Source of the DNA: Bacilli bacterium
Lineage (GTDB): Bacteria; Bacillota_I; Bacilli_A; RF39; UBA660
Direction: 5' to 3'
Assembly (NCBI GenBank): GCA_051872655.1
Contig: JBJEEB010000033.1
Span: 18,177-82,176 of the forward strand
Length of the DNA stretch: 64,000 bases
Positions 49,330 through 59,707 of the stretch are shown here, piece by piece (the first letter of the stretch is position 1; every line of letters starts with the position of its first letter). The notes below the pieces were generated by a model. That model searched no databases. It was given only the letters and a program-made list of their open reading frames with translations, and had not been told where the DNA came from. The position numbers and the translations under genes are program-made.

Positions 49330-49486
49330 CACATTTTTTTGATATTTTTCATCAATAATATTAAAGTATAAAAATAAGTATTCTATTTCAAATAATGGCT
49401 CTTTATCAAAGTTATTGTCTAACAACACTATTTGACAAAGAACCAAAATTATTTACATACTCTATGATATTTTAACATGTTTTTAA

Positions 49487-51670
49487 TTACTTTCTAACTA
49501 AAGTTTTTGGCTTACTAATAGATTTTTTATTTGAAAATACTGGACATAATACTTTGTCATATAAAACATCTAATTCGTGCAATGCTCTAGTTTCAGCAAC
49601 ATATAAAAGGTGCATATCATCCATATTATTTTCATCATACACATTGCTTGAAGCATCATTTATTAAAACTGCATCAAATTCTAAACCTTTGGACAATGCA
49701 CTTGTTAATACAAATACACCACCGTTATACTCTACATCACTGGATTTTATATTGGTAATATCAATTCCATATTTACTTAAAGAATTATAAGTTTTCTCTG
49801 CTTCTTTATCGGTTTTACAAATAACTGCTACCGTTTTGTATCCTTTATCTAACCATTCTTTTATTTTGCCAATTTTATAATCATCAATTTTAGCAAAATC
49901 TTCAAATGATATTTCACCACCATGTCTTATTACCGGTTCAGCCTCATTCAAATTCATTTGTCTTAAAATCTTATTTGCATTATTTGTAATTTCAATAGTT
50001 GTTCTATAACTTTTATTTAAATTTAAAATTGAACAGTCATCATTAAATATTTCTGATGCTACACTTTCCCAATCTTTTATACCCCTGTAAGAATATATGG
50101 ATTGTGCTAAATCACCATATATTGAAAACGTACTATTTGGAAAGGTTTCTTTAAGCACATCAAAATGAAACAAGCCATAATCTTGAGCTTCATCTATTAC
50201 TATATGATTATATTGTTGATTACATCCACAAAGTAGATTGTTTATATGTAATAATGATGGAAGATCTTCAAAAGTAACTTTTCCTCTCTTTAATGTTTGT
50301 AATGTACTTTTTTGAAGTTTTAAAAGTTCAATGTCACTTAATTCGTTCGTATATTGCCCTAAATTGGCCACAAATAATTTATAAATATTTAATGGCCCTA
50401 ATTGTAATTTTTTAAAATAATTTCTAAGTAATTTAACTCCATCTTTTTTTACTAAACTATCTAATGCTGTACTTTTTGAAACTGCTTCTTTTCTAATAGG
50501 ATCATCTTTTGACAAACCACTTGTATATATTTGCCTGTATTTTTGATTTAAATTGCTATATATTTCATCAATATTATTTTTAAATTTTTCGACAAAATAT
50601 CTACAAGCACTATCAAAATTTGGATAAGATTTGATACCTGAAAATAGTATTTTTTTTATTTCATCTGCACTATATATTTCTTCACCATCAATTTTAAATC
50701 CTTCTAATACAATACCATTTGATAAATAATCACTCATAAAGCAATCAATTATTTTTTTATAATCAAGCGAAGTTTTAAATGCTTGTATTTTTTTATACTC
50801 TTCTTGTTCCTTATTTTGATTAAATATTGTATTTTGAGTATCTAATGTTAATTTTTCATTTGTAAGACTATTTATTAAATCGATATAAGTTTGTTGCTCA
50901 ACTGGTTCAGTCTCCAATTCTGGTAAAATAGATGATATATAATTTAAGAAGTATCGATTTGGGCCTATTACTAAAAATTGACTTGAATTTATTTTCTTCT
51001 CTAAATTAAATACTAAATATGCAATTCTATGTAAAGCTACAGAAGTTTTTCCAGAACCAGCCACACCTTGTACTATAATATTTTCTGAAATAGGTCTTCT
51101 AATTATTTCATTTTGTTCTTTTTGTATTGATGCTATAATTGTTTTCATCTTATTATCCGCATTAACATTTAAATATGGTTGTAATAACTCATCATTGCTT
51201 ACTAAACTTGTATCTAATACATCTACTAGTCTACCATCTTCAATAATAATTTGGCGTTTTAGTTTTAAATCTCCATGTACTAATCCAGATGGTGCCTCAT
51301 AACTAACTCTACCTAAACCACTATCGTAATATAAACTACATATTGGAGTTCTCCAATCTGTTGTTACATTTTCATTATTCTTACCATGAATTGTTGTTTT
51401 TCCAATATATATTTTTGCTACATTATTACTACCATCAGAAAGAAAGTCAATTCTACCAAAATATGGTTTCTTTTCCGACAATTCTAACTTTCTAAGTTGA
51501 GTTGCTTGAGTTGACATTAAGCCTTCAACTAAGAAAGTATCTCCTTGCAATACATTAGTGTATCTTTTAGGAATCTCATGCATTTCTTTTTTGCAATATT
51601 CTTTTTCCTCTTCTAGACTTTCTTTTACATATTTTAAATATTCTTTTTCTTCATTAAAAATATTTCCCAT
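49487..51670 (-). CDS. helD: UvrD-like helicase, HelD (helicase IV / RNAP recycling) family
   Basis: N-terminal KKPYFGRIDF block, Walker A GVAGSGKTSVALHR and UvrD-type motifs (VIDEAQD, YRTT). Strong purine-rich RBS (AGGGGGAAAAG). Confidence 0.8.
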   Translation of the reverse strand: MGNIFNEEKEYLKYVKESLEEEKEYCKKEMHEIPKRYTNVLQGDTFLVEGLMSTQATQLRKLELSEKKPYFGRIDFLSDGSNNVAKIYIGKTTIHGKNNENVTTDWRTPICSLYYDSGLGRVSYEAPSGLVHGDLKLKRQIIIEDGRLVDVLDTSLVSNDELLQPYLNVNADNKMKTIIASIQKEQNEIIRRPISENIIVQGVAGSGKTSVALHRIAYLVFNLEKKINSSQFLVIGPNRYFLNYISSILPELETEPVEQQTYIDLINSLTNEKLTLDTQNTIFNQNKEQEEYKKIQAFKTSLDYKKIIDCFMSDYLSNGIVLEGFKIDGEEIYSADEIKKILFSGIKSYPNFDSACRYFVEKFKNNIDEIYSNLNQKYRQIYTSGLSKDDPIRKEAVSKSTALDSLVKKDGVKLLRNYFKKLQLGPLNIYKLFVANLGQYTNELSDIELLKLQKSTLQTLKRGKVTFEDLPSLLHINNLLCGCNQQYNHIVIDEAQDYGLFHFDVLKETFPNSTFSIYGDLAQSIYSYRGIKDWESVASEIFNDDCSILNLNKSYRTTIEITNNANKILRQMNLNEAEPVIRHGGEISFEDFAKIDDYKIGKIKEWLDKGYKTVAVICKTDKEAEKTYNSLSKYGIDITNIKSSDVEYNGGVFVLTSALSKGLEFDAVLINDASSNVYDENNMDDMHLLYVAETRALHELDVLYDKVLCPVFSNKKSISKPKTLVRK

Positions 51671-51695
51671 TTTTCTTTTCCCCCTAACCTAATAA

Positions 51696-52721
51696 CTAAT
51701 TGTTATTCAACAATTCTTCCATTAAAACATTAGTTATTTTTTCTGCATTTTCAAATAAATATTTACATAAACTTGTTCTGAAAAATGCAAAATCCAATAA
51801 GCTTGTTTTAGAATTATCAGCTATATATTGTTTATATCCAAATGTACTTCCAAGAAGTTGAACTAAATATAAATATGACATAAATTTGAAATCATACTTA
51901 TTTAACTCTATATAGTTAGTAAATCTTTTTACATATTGAACTAAATTATCAATATCAATTTTTCCTTTTTTTGCTTTTGGATCTATATAACTATAAGATC
52001 TTATTACTTCCCACACAATTGGCATTTTACATGCTGACACAAAATCAATTATTGCATTTATCTTGCCATCTTTATACATAAACTGTAACACACTATAATC
52101 ACCATGGGTATTCATAACAGTTAATTTATCCATATCTCTGAAATCTAAATTATCCCTTACATATTCTAACATAAAAATTTTATCCGTTAAATCTCTATAT
52201 ATCTGTGGATAAGTATCTGCAGATACTTTTTGTAATAATTTCTGTTGTTTTTCTATACTTTCATTAATTGTTTCTTTTGAATACCAACTTGATACATCAT
52301 TACTAGGTAATTCAATTTTTAATGTCTCAAGACTCTTAATAATCTTACCTAAATATTCAGCAGACTCTAAAATTTGATCATAATTACCAGTATTTGATTC
52401 CATTGTATAACCATCAATAAACTTTTGCATTATCACAATTCTATTTTCATATACAAAACTATATTCACCAGATATTGTTTTTACATACTCTGGGACTGGA
52501 ATATCATCTTCTTTTAAGTGATTGATTATAATTATTTCTTTATCAATCTCTTCCTTTGTATATTTTGTTTGAAATTCTTTAAATATATATTTATTTGCAT
52601 TCAAAGAATATAAATTGGCACTACCACGATTTAATTTTTCAACTTGATAAACATCAATGTTATAAATATTTTTTACTACCTCTATTATTTTTTCATTTGT
52701 AAAAACAGTTTCTTCAATCAC
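51696..52721 (-). CDS. APH / choline-kinase / CotS-like phosphotransferase family protein
   Basis: Protein-kinase-like fold markers HGDYSVLQFMY (catalytic loop) and AIIDFVS (DFG-like). 341 aa. Confidence 0.6.
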   Translation of the reverse strand: MIEETVFTNEKIIEVVKNIYNIDVYQVEKLNRGSANLYSLNANKYIFKEFQTKYTKEEIDKEIIIINHLKEDDIPVPEYVKTISGEYSFVYENRIVIMQKFIDGYTMESNTGNYDQILESAEYLGKIIKSLETLKIELPSNDVSSWYSKETINESIEKQQKLLQKVSADTYPQIYRDLTDKIFMLEYVRDNLDFRDMDKLTVMNTHGDYSVLQFMYKDGKINAIIDFVSACKMPIVWEVIRSYSYIDPKAKKGKIDIDNLVQYVKRFTNYIELNKYDFKFMSYLYLVQLLGSTFGYKQYIADNSKTSLLDFAFFRTSLCKYLFENAEKITNVLMEELLNNN

Positions 52722-53491
52722 TTCAATACCTCCTTTATCTTTCTTATGATATTTTCTGGATCTCCTCTAACATTATAAAATGGTATATTAACTTTTGATA
52801 ACCATTTATATACTTTTATTCTATCAATATTTAACATAATTGGTTTTGTAAACAATGGTATATCTGAATGCCATGTACAAAATTTAAACATTTTTTTAAT
52901 TATATGGTCTTTATTATTTACTAAATCAAAACTCAACTTCCCTTCATCACAAATCCCAACTATATTTATAATAAGCTTAATTTCTATTTCAGAATTGTTA
53001 CTTTTTAAAATTAGTTCATTATTTGTATCAATCTTCATATATTGTGAACCCCGTTTTAACATTATTTTATTTTTTATATAATACAAATGAGTTTGATCTG
53101 CCGACACTACCTCCATATTATTTTTTAATGCTTTTAGACATAAAGTTGTCTTACCAGAATTGAAATCTCCAACCACCAAAATACCTGTATTATTATACCA
53201 CAAAACTGCCGAATGTAAAAGTATATTGGACTCGTTTAATATTGTATTTGCAAGTGCATTATAAAATAAGGGATATAAATCCGTATGTTTTATCACTCCA
53301 TTAATACTTTTATCAACTCCATCTATATTCCATATTATTTTATTTTTATAAATTTTAATGTAAAAATCATATTTACTTGATAATATAACATTATAAACAC
53401 TCAACCATTTTTCTATTTGTTTACAATATCCTTCAACTTCACAATAAACATACAATTTCCTTTTGTTTATGACATAAGTACAATTTATCAT
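52718..53491 (-). CDS. HprK-C-terminal-like P-loop protein, paralogue 2
   Basis: LHSAVLWYNNTGILVVGDFNSGKTTLCLKALKNNMEVVSADQ. Start set at the ATG overlapping the upstream stop (ATGA). Confidence 0.5.
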   Translation of the reverse strand: MINCTYVINKRKLYVYCEVEGYCKQIEKWLSVYNVILSSKYDFYIKIYKNKIIWNIDGVDKSINGVIKHTDLYPLFYNALANTILNESNILLHSAVLWYNNTGILVVGDFNSGKTTLCLKALKNNMEVVSADQTHLYYIKNKIMLKRGSQYMKIDTNNELILKSNNSEIEIKLIINIVGICDEGKLSFDLVNNKDHIIKKMFKFCTWHSDIPLFTKPIMLNIDRIKVYKWLSKVNIPFYNVRGDPENIIRKIKEVLK

Positions 53492-54207
53492 CTTTTCATT
53501 CCTCTTTTCAAAGTGTGCTGTAAACATTCCGCACAAGAATAAAAAGTTTCAAATTTAGGAAGATAGTCCAAATCTTTATTGTTATCAAAGCAACTTCCAA
53601 CAATAAATCCATTGTATCTTTTTATCATATCCAAATCATTTGGACCATCACCTATAGTATATATTTCTTCATCTGATAAATTCAATTCATTTTTAACAAT
53701 TTCTATTGTTTTTATCTTATTTGATAATGTAAAAATATGAATAGCATATTTGTTATTACCTTCTGTACAATAATCAACATTTGGAGAGGACAAAAGCATA
53801 TTTACTACTTGTCGCCTGACTTTTTGTTCCTCAACTAAATGAATTAAATATTCAGTAGGATTATTGGGTGTTAAGATACCATATTCATCTAATGGATCTA
53901 TTCCAAGTATTTGATCATAAAATGGTTTTAAATCAATTATTATTTTTGAATCAATATTTGTTTTAAAAATAATTTTAAAATCTCCATCAAATAGAATATT
54001 ACCATTTGCGCATGACATATAATTGAACGGAACATCAAATTTATCAATTTCTTCTCTTATGGATTTATATAATCTTCCTGTAGAAATCATAATTTTAGTT
54101 TCATCATTAAGAAAGAATTTTAACATGTCTGTGTTCTTCTTCATATTTTCTATACTATCATCTTTTTTCAATGTTCCATCGTAATCAGAAACAATTAAGG
54201 CACTCAT
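53488..54207 (-). CDS. HAD-superfamily (Cof/IIB-like) phosphatase
   Basis: Motif I VSDYDGTL and motif IV GDGPNDLDM. Start at the ATG preceded by GAGGTG. Confidence 0.7.
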   Translation of the reverse strand: MSALIVSDYDGTLKKDDSIENMKKNTDMLKFFLNDETKIMISTGRLYKSIREEIDKFDVPFNYMSCANGNILFDGDFKIIFKTNIDSKIIIDLKPFYDQILGIDPLDEYGILTPNNPTEYLIHLVEEQKVRRQVVNMLLSSPNVDYCTEGNNKYAIHIFTLSNKIKTIEIVKNELNLSDEEIYTIGDGPNDLDMIKRYNGFIVGSCFDNNKDLDYLPKFETFYSCAECLQHTLKRGMKR

Positions 54208-54226
54208 AGATATCACCTCACTTACA

Positions 54227-55015
54227 TCAATATTTAAATATTTCAATAAAATTTGATTTTTGTTTTTTTATTTCATTTAACTTTTCTTCTGAAAAAGTAT
54301 ATTCATTTATAAAATCTTTTAAAAATTTTTTATTTTTATTAATTTTTAAAATTTTTTCAAACATATATTGTCTGTTTTTGCTATCTATTCCGTTTAACTC
54401 GTGTCCACCTACTACAACTAAATTTTTACGATTAATTGTTAATGGAGATATTAAGTATTTATCATCTCTAGCAGTGCTTAAAATAATAATCATACTATTG
54501 AAATTAGCATAGTCAAATATATTTTTTAAAACTGAGGAATCTCCTGTAGTATCAATATAAGTATTATATTGATAGCTATGATTTAATTCAGAAATTATAT
54601 TTATATCAACGTTATATTGTAACTTTATTAATTTTAATAAATTTAAAATTTTATCATTTTTACTTCTAACATAAATAGAAATATTTTTAAATTTATTATC
54701 CAATAAATACATTAAGCAACTTAATCCAATATTTCCTAATCCTAATATTAAAATATTATCATTAATCCTGTATTTGATTCTTTCAAAAGTTAAAGCTGTT
54801 ATTAATTGAAATCTAGAAAAAACAATATTCTCTATATCATAACAAGATTTAGCTGTTAAATAGCCCGTATTTAAAATTGCCTCTTTTACATTGTGATCAA
54901 CATTTAAAATATATCTATTTGAATCATATATTTTACTAATGGCCATATACCCACAATTATTATATTTTTCAGTACCGCGACTTACTATGCTATACTCTAT
55001 AGATACTTTTTGCAT
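54227..55015 (-). CDS. MDR-like NAD(P)-binding dehydrogenase (short N-terminal domain)
   Basis: Rossmann motif ILILGLGNIGLSC in a 262-aa protein. No zinc-ligand Cys/His pattern seen. Confidence 0.4.
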   Translation of the reverse strand: MQKVSIEYSIVSRGTEKYNNCGYMAISKIYDSNRYILNVDHNVKEAILNTGYLTAKSCYDIENIVFSRFQLITALTFERIKYRINDNILILGLGNIGLSCLMYLLDNKFKNISIYVRSKNDKILNLLKLIKLQYNVDINIISELNHSYQYNTYIDTTGDSSVLKNIFDYANFNSMIIILSTARDDKYLISPLTINRKNLVVVGGHELNGIDSKNRQYMFEKILKINKNKKFLKDFINEYTFSEEKLNEIKKQKSNFIEIFKY

Positions 55016-55017
55016 TT

Positions 55018-55989
55018 CTATTTCCTCCTCAAATAATATTTTAATATATTCCCCTCCAATTTATTAGCATTAACTTCTCTAGAAAATGTTTCATATTTGA
55101 ATAGTGGATATAAGTTATTAATTTTTAAATAATCTCCAAAAGAAAAATTTTTATCTTTTCCATACATATCTAATTTAAGCATAATATCTTTAAATGAAAT
55201 ATTTAAAGTTTCCAAAAAAATATTTTCTTTACTTAAATTAACAAAGTTAACAGTTGATATAGGAGCATGCCAAACCCATTCTGTTTCAAATAAATTAACA
55301 AATTCTGAAATATCAAATCTAATTTTATTGCTTTCATATTTTGATGTCTTGGTTGCAATCTCTAAATTTATTTTTTCACTTTTTAATTGATAGAACAAAT
55401 CTTTATCAAATGTGATATCATATGGCAATCCAAAAGCATACCATTTATCATTTTTTTTACCAACAAATGTTATATCGTTTGATATTGGATAAGCATTATC
55501 TAAGAGAACAGAAGTTAATAATGCTGTAGATTTTCCACTATTTTTTTTACCAAAAAATAGTATAGCTTCATCATTTTTCATTATACAGGAGGCATGAATA
55601 GGAAAGAATTTTTTCTCTAACAATTTTCTAATTAGCAATTCAGTTATTAGTCTAATCAGAATTTTACTATCATAATCATCTCGACAGAGTATATCTATTT
55701 TATTTTTTTCTCTTATTATTATGTTTTCACATGAATATTTTTGTCTAGGAGAATAAGAAATAATTTTTTCACCAACTTGATTAACAATATACATTGCATT
55801 CCGAAAAGGATAAACCTTTATTCCTTCACTCATTTCAGGAAAAGAAACAAAATTTTTATAATAAATTTCAAAATCATAATAACTGCTTTTCTTTGCATTA
55901 ACAAATCTTTTTGATATATCCATTAATGTCTCTTGCGGTGCATGAATTTTTAAATTTATTAAATCACCTATATTGATAACATTTGTCAT
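55018..55989 (-). CDS. HprK-C-terminal-like P-loop protein, paralogue 1
   Basis: IHASCIMKNDEAILFFGKKNSGKSTALLTSVLLDNAYPISNDITFV. Confidence 0.5.
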   Translation of the reverse strand: MTNVINIGDLINLKIHAPQETLMDISKRFVNAKKSSYYDFEIYYKNFVSFPEMSEGIKVYPFRNAMYIVNQVGEKIISYSPRQKYSCENIIIREKNKIDILCRDDYDSKILIRLITELLIRKLLEKKFFPIHASCIMKNDEAILFFGKKNSGKSTALLTSVLLDNAYPISNDITFVGKKNDKWYAFGLPYDITFDKDLFYQLKSEKINLEIATKTSKYESNKIRFDISEFVNLFETEWVWHAPISTVNFVNLSKENIFLETLNISFKDIMLKLDMYGKDKNFSFGDYLKINNLYPLFKYETFSREVNANKLEGNILKYYLRRK

Positions 55990-56000
55990 GGCTTAAACAC

Positions 56001-56993
56001 CTACCTATTCTTATTTTTTCTTTCTAATAAATTATTACAATATAAATTCATAACATTAGAAAATGAACTTATATTGATAATATTAGGATTTAATGTTCCT
56101 TTATTAAAGTATGAATAAGTAGCATCAATGAAATAAGTAAAATTATCATCTTCTTTTATAACTTCATTATATATAATTTTGCCATTATAATATACACTCA
56201 TATTCGCAGGTTTTATTAATTTTAATTCATTTGAGTATATTGCGTAGTTTCCTTCTATTGTATAACCGTCTTTCGTACAAATAATAATTCTTTTTTGTAC
56301 AATAATTGATGTCAGATTACTTTCATATATAATATTTATATCGTTGTACTTTGATATTATCAACCCATATCCATGATTTTCTAACGACACATTATCTATT
56401 TTTAAGTCTCGCGAGCAAGTAATATTGTTATAAATATTACTAGGATTATTTAAGAAATATTGTGTTAAATATATTTGATGTGGAATTTCAATTTCATAAT
56501 TTAATGTTACATCTTTACTATAGCCTCTACCAGCTAAACTTTCTGAAATCCTGTTTTTAGAAAAATTAGTATATATCAAATCTACTTCTTTATTATTTTC
56601 ATCTAAATATTTTTTTATAATTCGTGTGAGTTTGGAAAACAAATAGTTTTCAACCATTACTATATTCATATTATTTAATTCTGTTGCTTTTTGTTCATCT
56701 ATTACAAAAGGTTTTTCAACTAATATATCTTTTATTCCTAATTTTTTGCAATTCTTTATGATTGTCAAAAATTCACTTTTTGGTGTGCATATATCTACTA
56801 TAAAATTATTGATTTTTAAATCATTAGATTTTATACATTCTTGTATAGTAGAATATATCCTATTGTTTGAAATATAATTACTATGATTTTTTATATCTAC
56901 AAAAAATATTTTTCCTTTTTGCTTTAATTTATTATAAGAATTATAGTGAAGTAAAGCAGCTTTTCCAGTACCAACTATTATAATATCTTTCAT
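56001..56993 (-). CDS. Gfo/Idh/MocA-family oxidoreductase
   Basis: N-terminal Rossmann IIIVGTGKAALLHY and a conserved EKP motif (ILVEKPF). Confidence 0.65.
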   Translation of the reverse strand: MKDIIIVGTGKAALLHYNSYNKLKQKGKIFFVDIKNHSNYISNNRIYSTIQECIKSNDLKINNFIVDICTPKSEFLTIIKNCKKLGIKDILVEKPFVIDEQKATELNNMNIVMVENYLFSKLTRIIKKYLDENNKEVDLIYTNFSKNRISESLAGRGYSKDVTLNYEIEIPHQIYLTQYFLNNPSNIYNNITCSRDLKIDNVSLENHGYGLIISKYNDINIIYESNLTSIIVQKRIIICTKDGYTIEGNYAIYSNELKLIKPANMSVYYNGKIIYNEVIKEDDNFTYFIDATYSYFNKGTLNPNIINISSFSNVMNLYCNNLLERKNKNR

Positions 56994-57002
56994 TTTTTCC
57001 TC

Positions 57003-58016
57003 CTAAAAAGAAACTTTTTTAATATCTGAGACTTTTTCTTTAGTAATAAAATATTTTTCTCTAAATATTTTTTTATAAATTTTTATACCATTTTTAGGGC
57101 CCAAAATATTAATAGAATATTTTAATTTTTTATTATATTCTAAAATATTCTTTATCATGTTTCTATTTTTTTTATACCAATCAAGTATAAGTTTTTTTTC
57201 TTCTGGCAGTTCAAAATTGTTTAATTCCCCTAAAACATTTCTTATACAACGAGTTAAAGAAAAATATATATACTTTTTTTTATTAGTACAGTTTAAACTC
57301 CAGTTATAAGTTCTTTCAATAATTGATGTCAAATTCATTATATATGTGATATCCTTACTATCAGTAATTGAACCTTTTCTTTTTCTATAAACATATACAT
57401 ACTCATTTAGAAAGTTTAAACATTTAGAATAGTAGATAACTTTAGGAACCCATTCTTCATCCTCATATACCAAATTTTCTGGAAATATAATAGAATTATT
57501 TTTAAGCATATCTCTTTTATAAATAAATCTCCATGGCCTAGCACATATTTTATTATTAATTAAATCTTCCTCAGATAAATTTTGCCCATTTTGTAAAGAA
57601 AATTTTTCTATTTCAAAATAATTTTTATTATCAAAATATTTGATTGTGTTAAACAAAGTTAAATCATAATCATTTGCCCTCAAATAATTTATTATTTTAA
57701 TTATGGCATCTTCCATTATATAATCATCGCCATCTATAAACATAATATAGGTTCCTTTTGCTTTTTCCAATCCAAAATTTCTTGAATTTGATATACCAGA
57801 GTGATTAATAGCATAGTATGAGCAATTTGATAAATTGTGAATTTCCTTTTCAATTATTTCGAAAGTGTTATCAGTTGAATGGTCATCAACGACTATTAAT
57901 TCTGATTCCGGAGATAACTGATTTTTTATACTTTCTAAACATTGTTTCATATAATTTTCACAATTATATGTGTTAACAATAATACTTAATAATACATTTT
58001 TCATCTCTATCATCAT
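57003..58016 (-). CDS. family 2 glycosyltransferase
   Basis: LSIIVNTYNCENYMKQCLESI, VVDDHSTDNT and FIDGDD (DXD). The true start may be MKNVLLS at 58004. Confidence 0.8.
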   Translation of the reverse strand: MMIEMKNVLLSIIVNTYNCENYMKQCLESIKNQLSPESELIVVDDHSTDNTFEIIEKEIHNLSNCSYYAINHSGISNSRNFGLEKAKGTYIMFIDGDDYIMEDAIIKIINYLRANDYDLTLFNTIKYFDNKNYFEIEKFSLQNGQNLSEEDLINNKICARPWRFIYKRDMLKNNSIIFPENLVYEDEEWVPKVIYYSKCLNFLNEYVYVYRKRKGSITDSKDITYIMNLTSIIERTYNWSLNCTNKKKYIYFSLTRCIRNVLGELNNFELPEEKKLILDWYKKNRNMIKNILEYNKKLKYSINILGPKNGIKIYKKIFREKYFITKEKVSDIKKVSF

Positions 58017-58023
58017 CTAACAT

Positions 58024-59040
58024 TTAAAATAATTTATTACAACCATTTACAAATTTACTAACAGTTTCTTTCCAACTATAGTTATATTTCTGTTCAATAT
58101 AAACTTTGGTGTATACTAATGACTTTGCCTTTAACATAGCATTGTATAAACCATTTTCAGAATCAAAATTATATGTTATCAATTGCTCCTTACAAATTAA
58201 TTCTTCAATTATGTCACTTTTTGGTGAAATGCATTTGATTCCTGTTTTAGCAATATTTATATAGTTTGAAGGGAAAAAACCATATTTAAATGCTGGAAAC
58301 TTTAAATCATAAATACTTATAAAAACATCTGTAATCTTTGATAATTCTTTCCAATCATTTTTATCAATAAAACTATCTATGTGTATTATATTTTCTTTAT
58401 TACCTATTAAATGTTCAATATTTACATTGGCATTTTTGGGTTCTCTTCCAGCGATAATTAAACGACAATTATCCATTTTTTCAAACGATTCTATTACTTG
58501 ATCAATCATTTTATATTTATATATATTACCTATAAAGGTAAATGTAAAATTTTTACTTTTTTTAATTTCTTTCACTTTAGGATTTACATAATTATTATTT
58601 AATTTGTTTATTCCAATACCATGATTTATTGCATCAATACCAAAATATCTCTTTATGCTTTTTTTCATATATTCGGATACTGTAAATACTAAATCACACC
58701 TTTTTATGAATTCATTTGTTACACATTCATCTATATAACTTAATTCTCTATCTATTGGAAAAAAATTATGAAGCGTCCAAACTATTTTCCATCCTTTTTG
58801 TTTCAAACAATCAATATTGCTTAAAAATTTATTAGCAGTTTCAGCATTATTATAAAATCTTTTTAATCTATTAAAATAAATTATGCCTTTATTTACTTTT
58901 TCTTCTAAAGGTAATTCTGGATTTATAACATATTCATAATTTTCATAAGCATTTAACTCTGAGCAAAAATTATAAAAATATGGACTAGGGTGATCTATTC
59001 CAGCATGTAATATCCAAATCTTTATCTTGTCTTTTCCCAT
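58024..59040 (-). CDS. GT-B fold (GT1/GT4-like) glycosyltransferase
   Basis: Two-Rossmann layout with a C-terminal FTFIGNIYKYK...LIIAGR...SNYINIAKTGIKCISP region. No strict EX7E motif seen. Confidence 0.5.
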   Translation of the reverse strand: MGKDKIKIWILHAGIDHPSPYFYNFCSELNAYENYEYVINPELPLEEKVNKGIIYFNRLKRFYNNAETANKFLSNIDCLKQKGWKIVWTLHNFFPIDRELSYIDECVTNEFIKRCDLVFTVSEYMKKSIKRYFGIDAINHGIGINKLNNNYVNPKVKEIKKSKNFTFTFIGNIYKYKMIDQVIESFEKMDNCRLIIAGREPKNANVNIEHLIGNKENIIHIDSFIDKNDWKELSKITDVFISIYDLKFPAFKYGFFPSNYINIAKTGIKCISPKSDIIEELICKEQLITYNFDSENGLYNAMLKAKSLVYTKVYIEQKYNYSWKETVSKFVNGCNKLF

Positions 59041-59705
59041 TTTTCGACCTTTACCTTTACCTCTTCAATCATATATCCTATATCTTCAAATTTATGAGCA
59101 TCTGATGAATAAACATAGTTTACATTATTTTTTTTCATCATTTCCAACATATAATAAAGCTGTTTATCATCCCATCTTGACCTATCACTTGTATTTATTT
59201 CTATCAAAATTTTCTTTTTATTACATATAGTTAAAATTTTTTCAAATAAATTATCATACATATTGTATTGATCTGTTTTTTTTATGTGTGCTATTACATT
59301 TATCTCATAATTATTTATCATATCAATTATTGCTTCTAAATATTTTCCGTAATTATCAAATTTTATACTATGAATAGCCCCAACAATCCAATCAAATTTT
59401 CCATAATTTAAGATATCAAATGTTTCATTTCTGAATTCCAAATTATTTGAATAATCTATTTCAATACCTTTTAATATTTCTATCTTATTAGCCAAATTGC
59501 TTAATCTAAATTCAGAAATTTTTTTATCTAATTGGTTTATTGCATCTTTTGTAGAAAGAGCTGGTTTATGCTTAATAGAAATTCTATTACCATGGTCTAA
59601 GAAAACAGCCTTTTTTATACCGCAGTCAATACATTTTTTTACATACATATCAAATAATTTTTGATTGTATAGAGCTTCTTTTAAATGAATGTGCATATCT
59701 TCCAT
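59022..59705 (-). CDS. PHP-domain (histidinol-phosphatase-like) phosphoesterase
   Basis: MHIHLKE, FLDHG, AIHS, AHIK and SSDAH metal-ligand pattern. Confidence 0.65.
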   Translation of the reverse strand: MEDMHIHLKEALYNQKLFDMYVKKCIDCGIKKAVFLDHGNRISIKHKPALSTKDAINQLDKKISEFRLSNLANKIEILKGIEIDYSNNLEFRNETFDILNYGKFDWIVGAIHSIKFDNYGKYLEAIIDMINNYEINVIAHIKKTDQYNMYDNLFEKILTICNKKKILIEINTSDRSRWDDKQLYYMLEMMKKNNVNYVYSSDAHKFEDIGYMIEEVKVKVEKWEKTR

Positions 59706-59707
59706 AT

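Noticed and set aside
49240-49446. 68-aa minus-strand ORF between helD and the nucleotidase-phosphorylase gene
   Set aside because: It has no RBS and spans the predicted promoter (49301-49329) and leader structure. Its sequence is unremarkable, so I treat the region as regulatory RNA or DNA.
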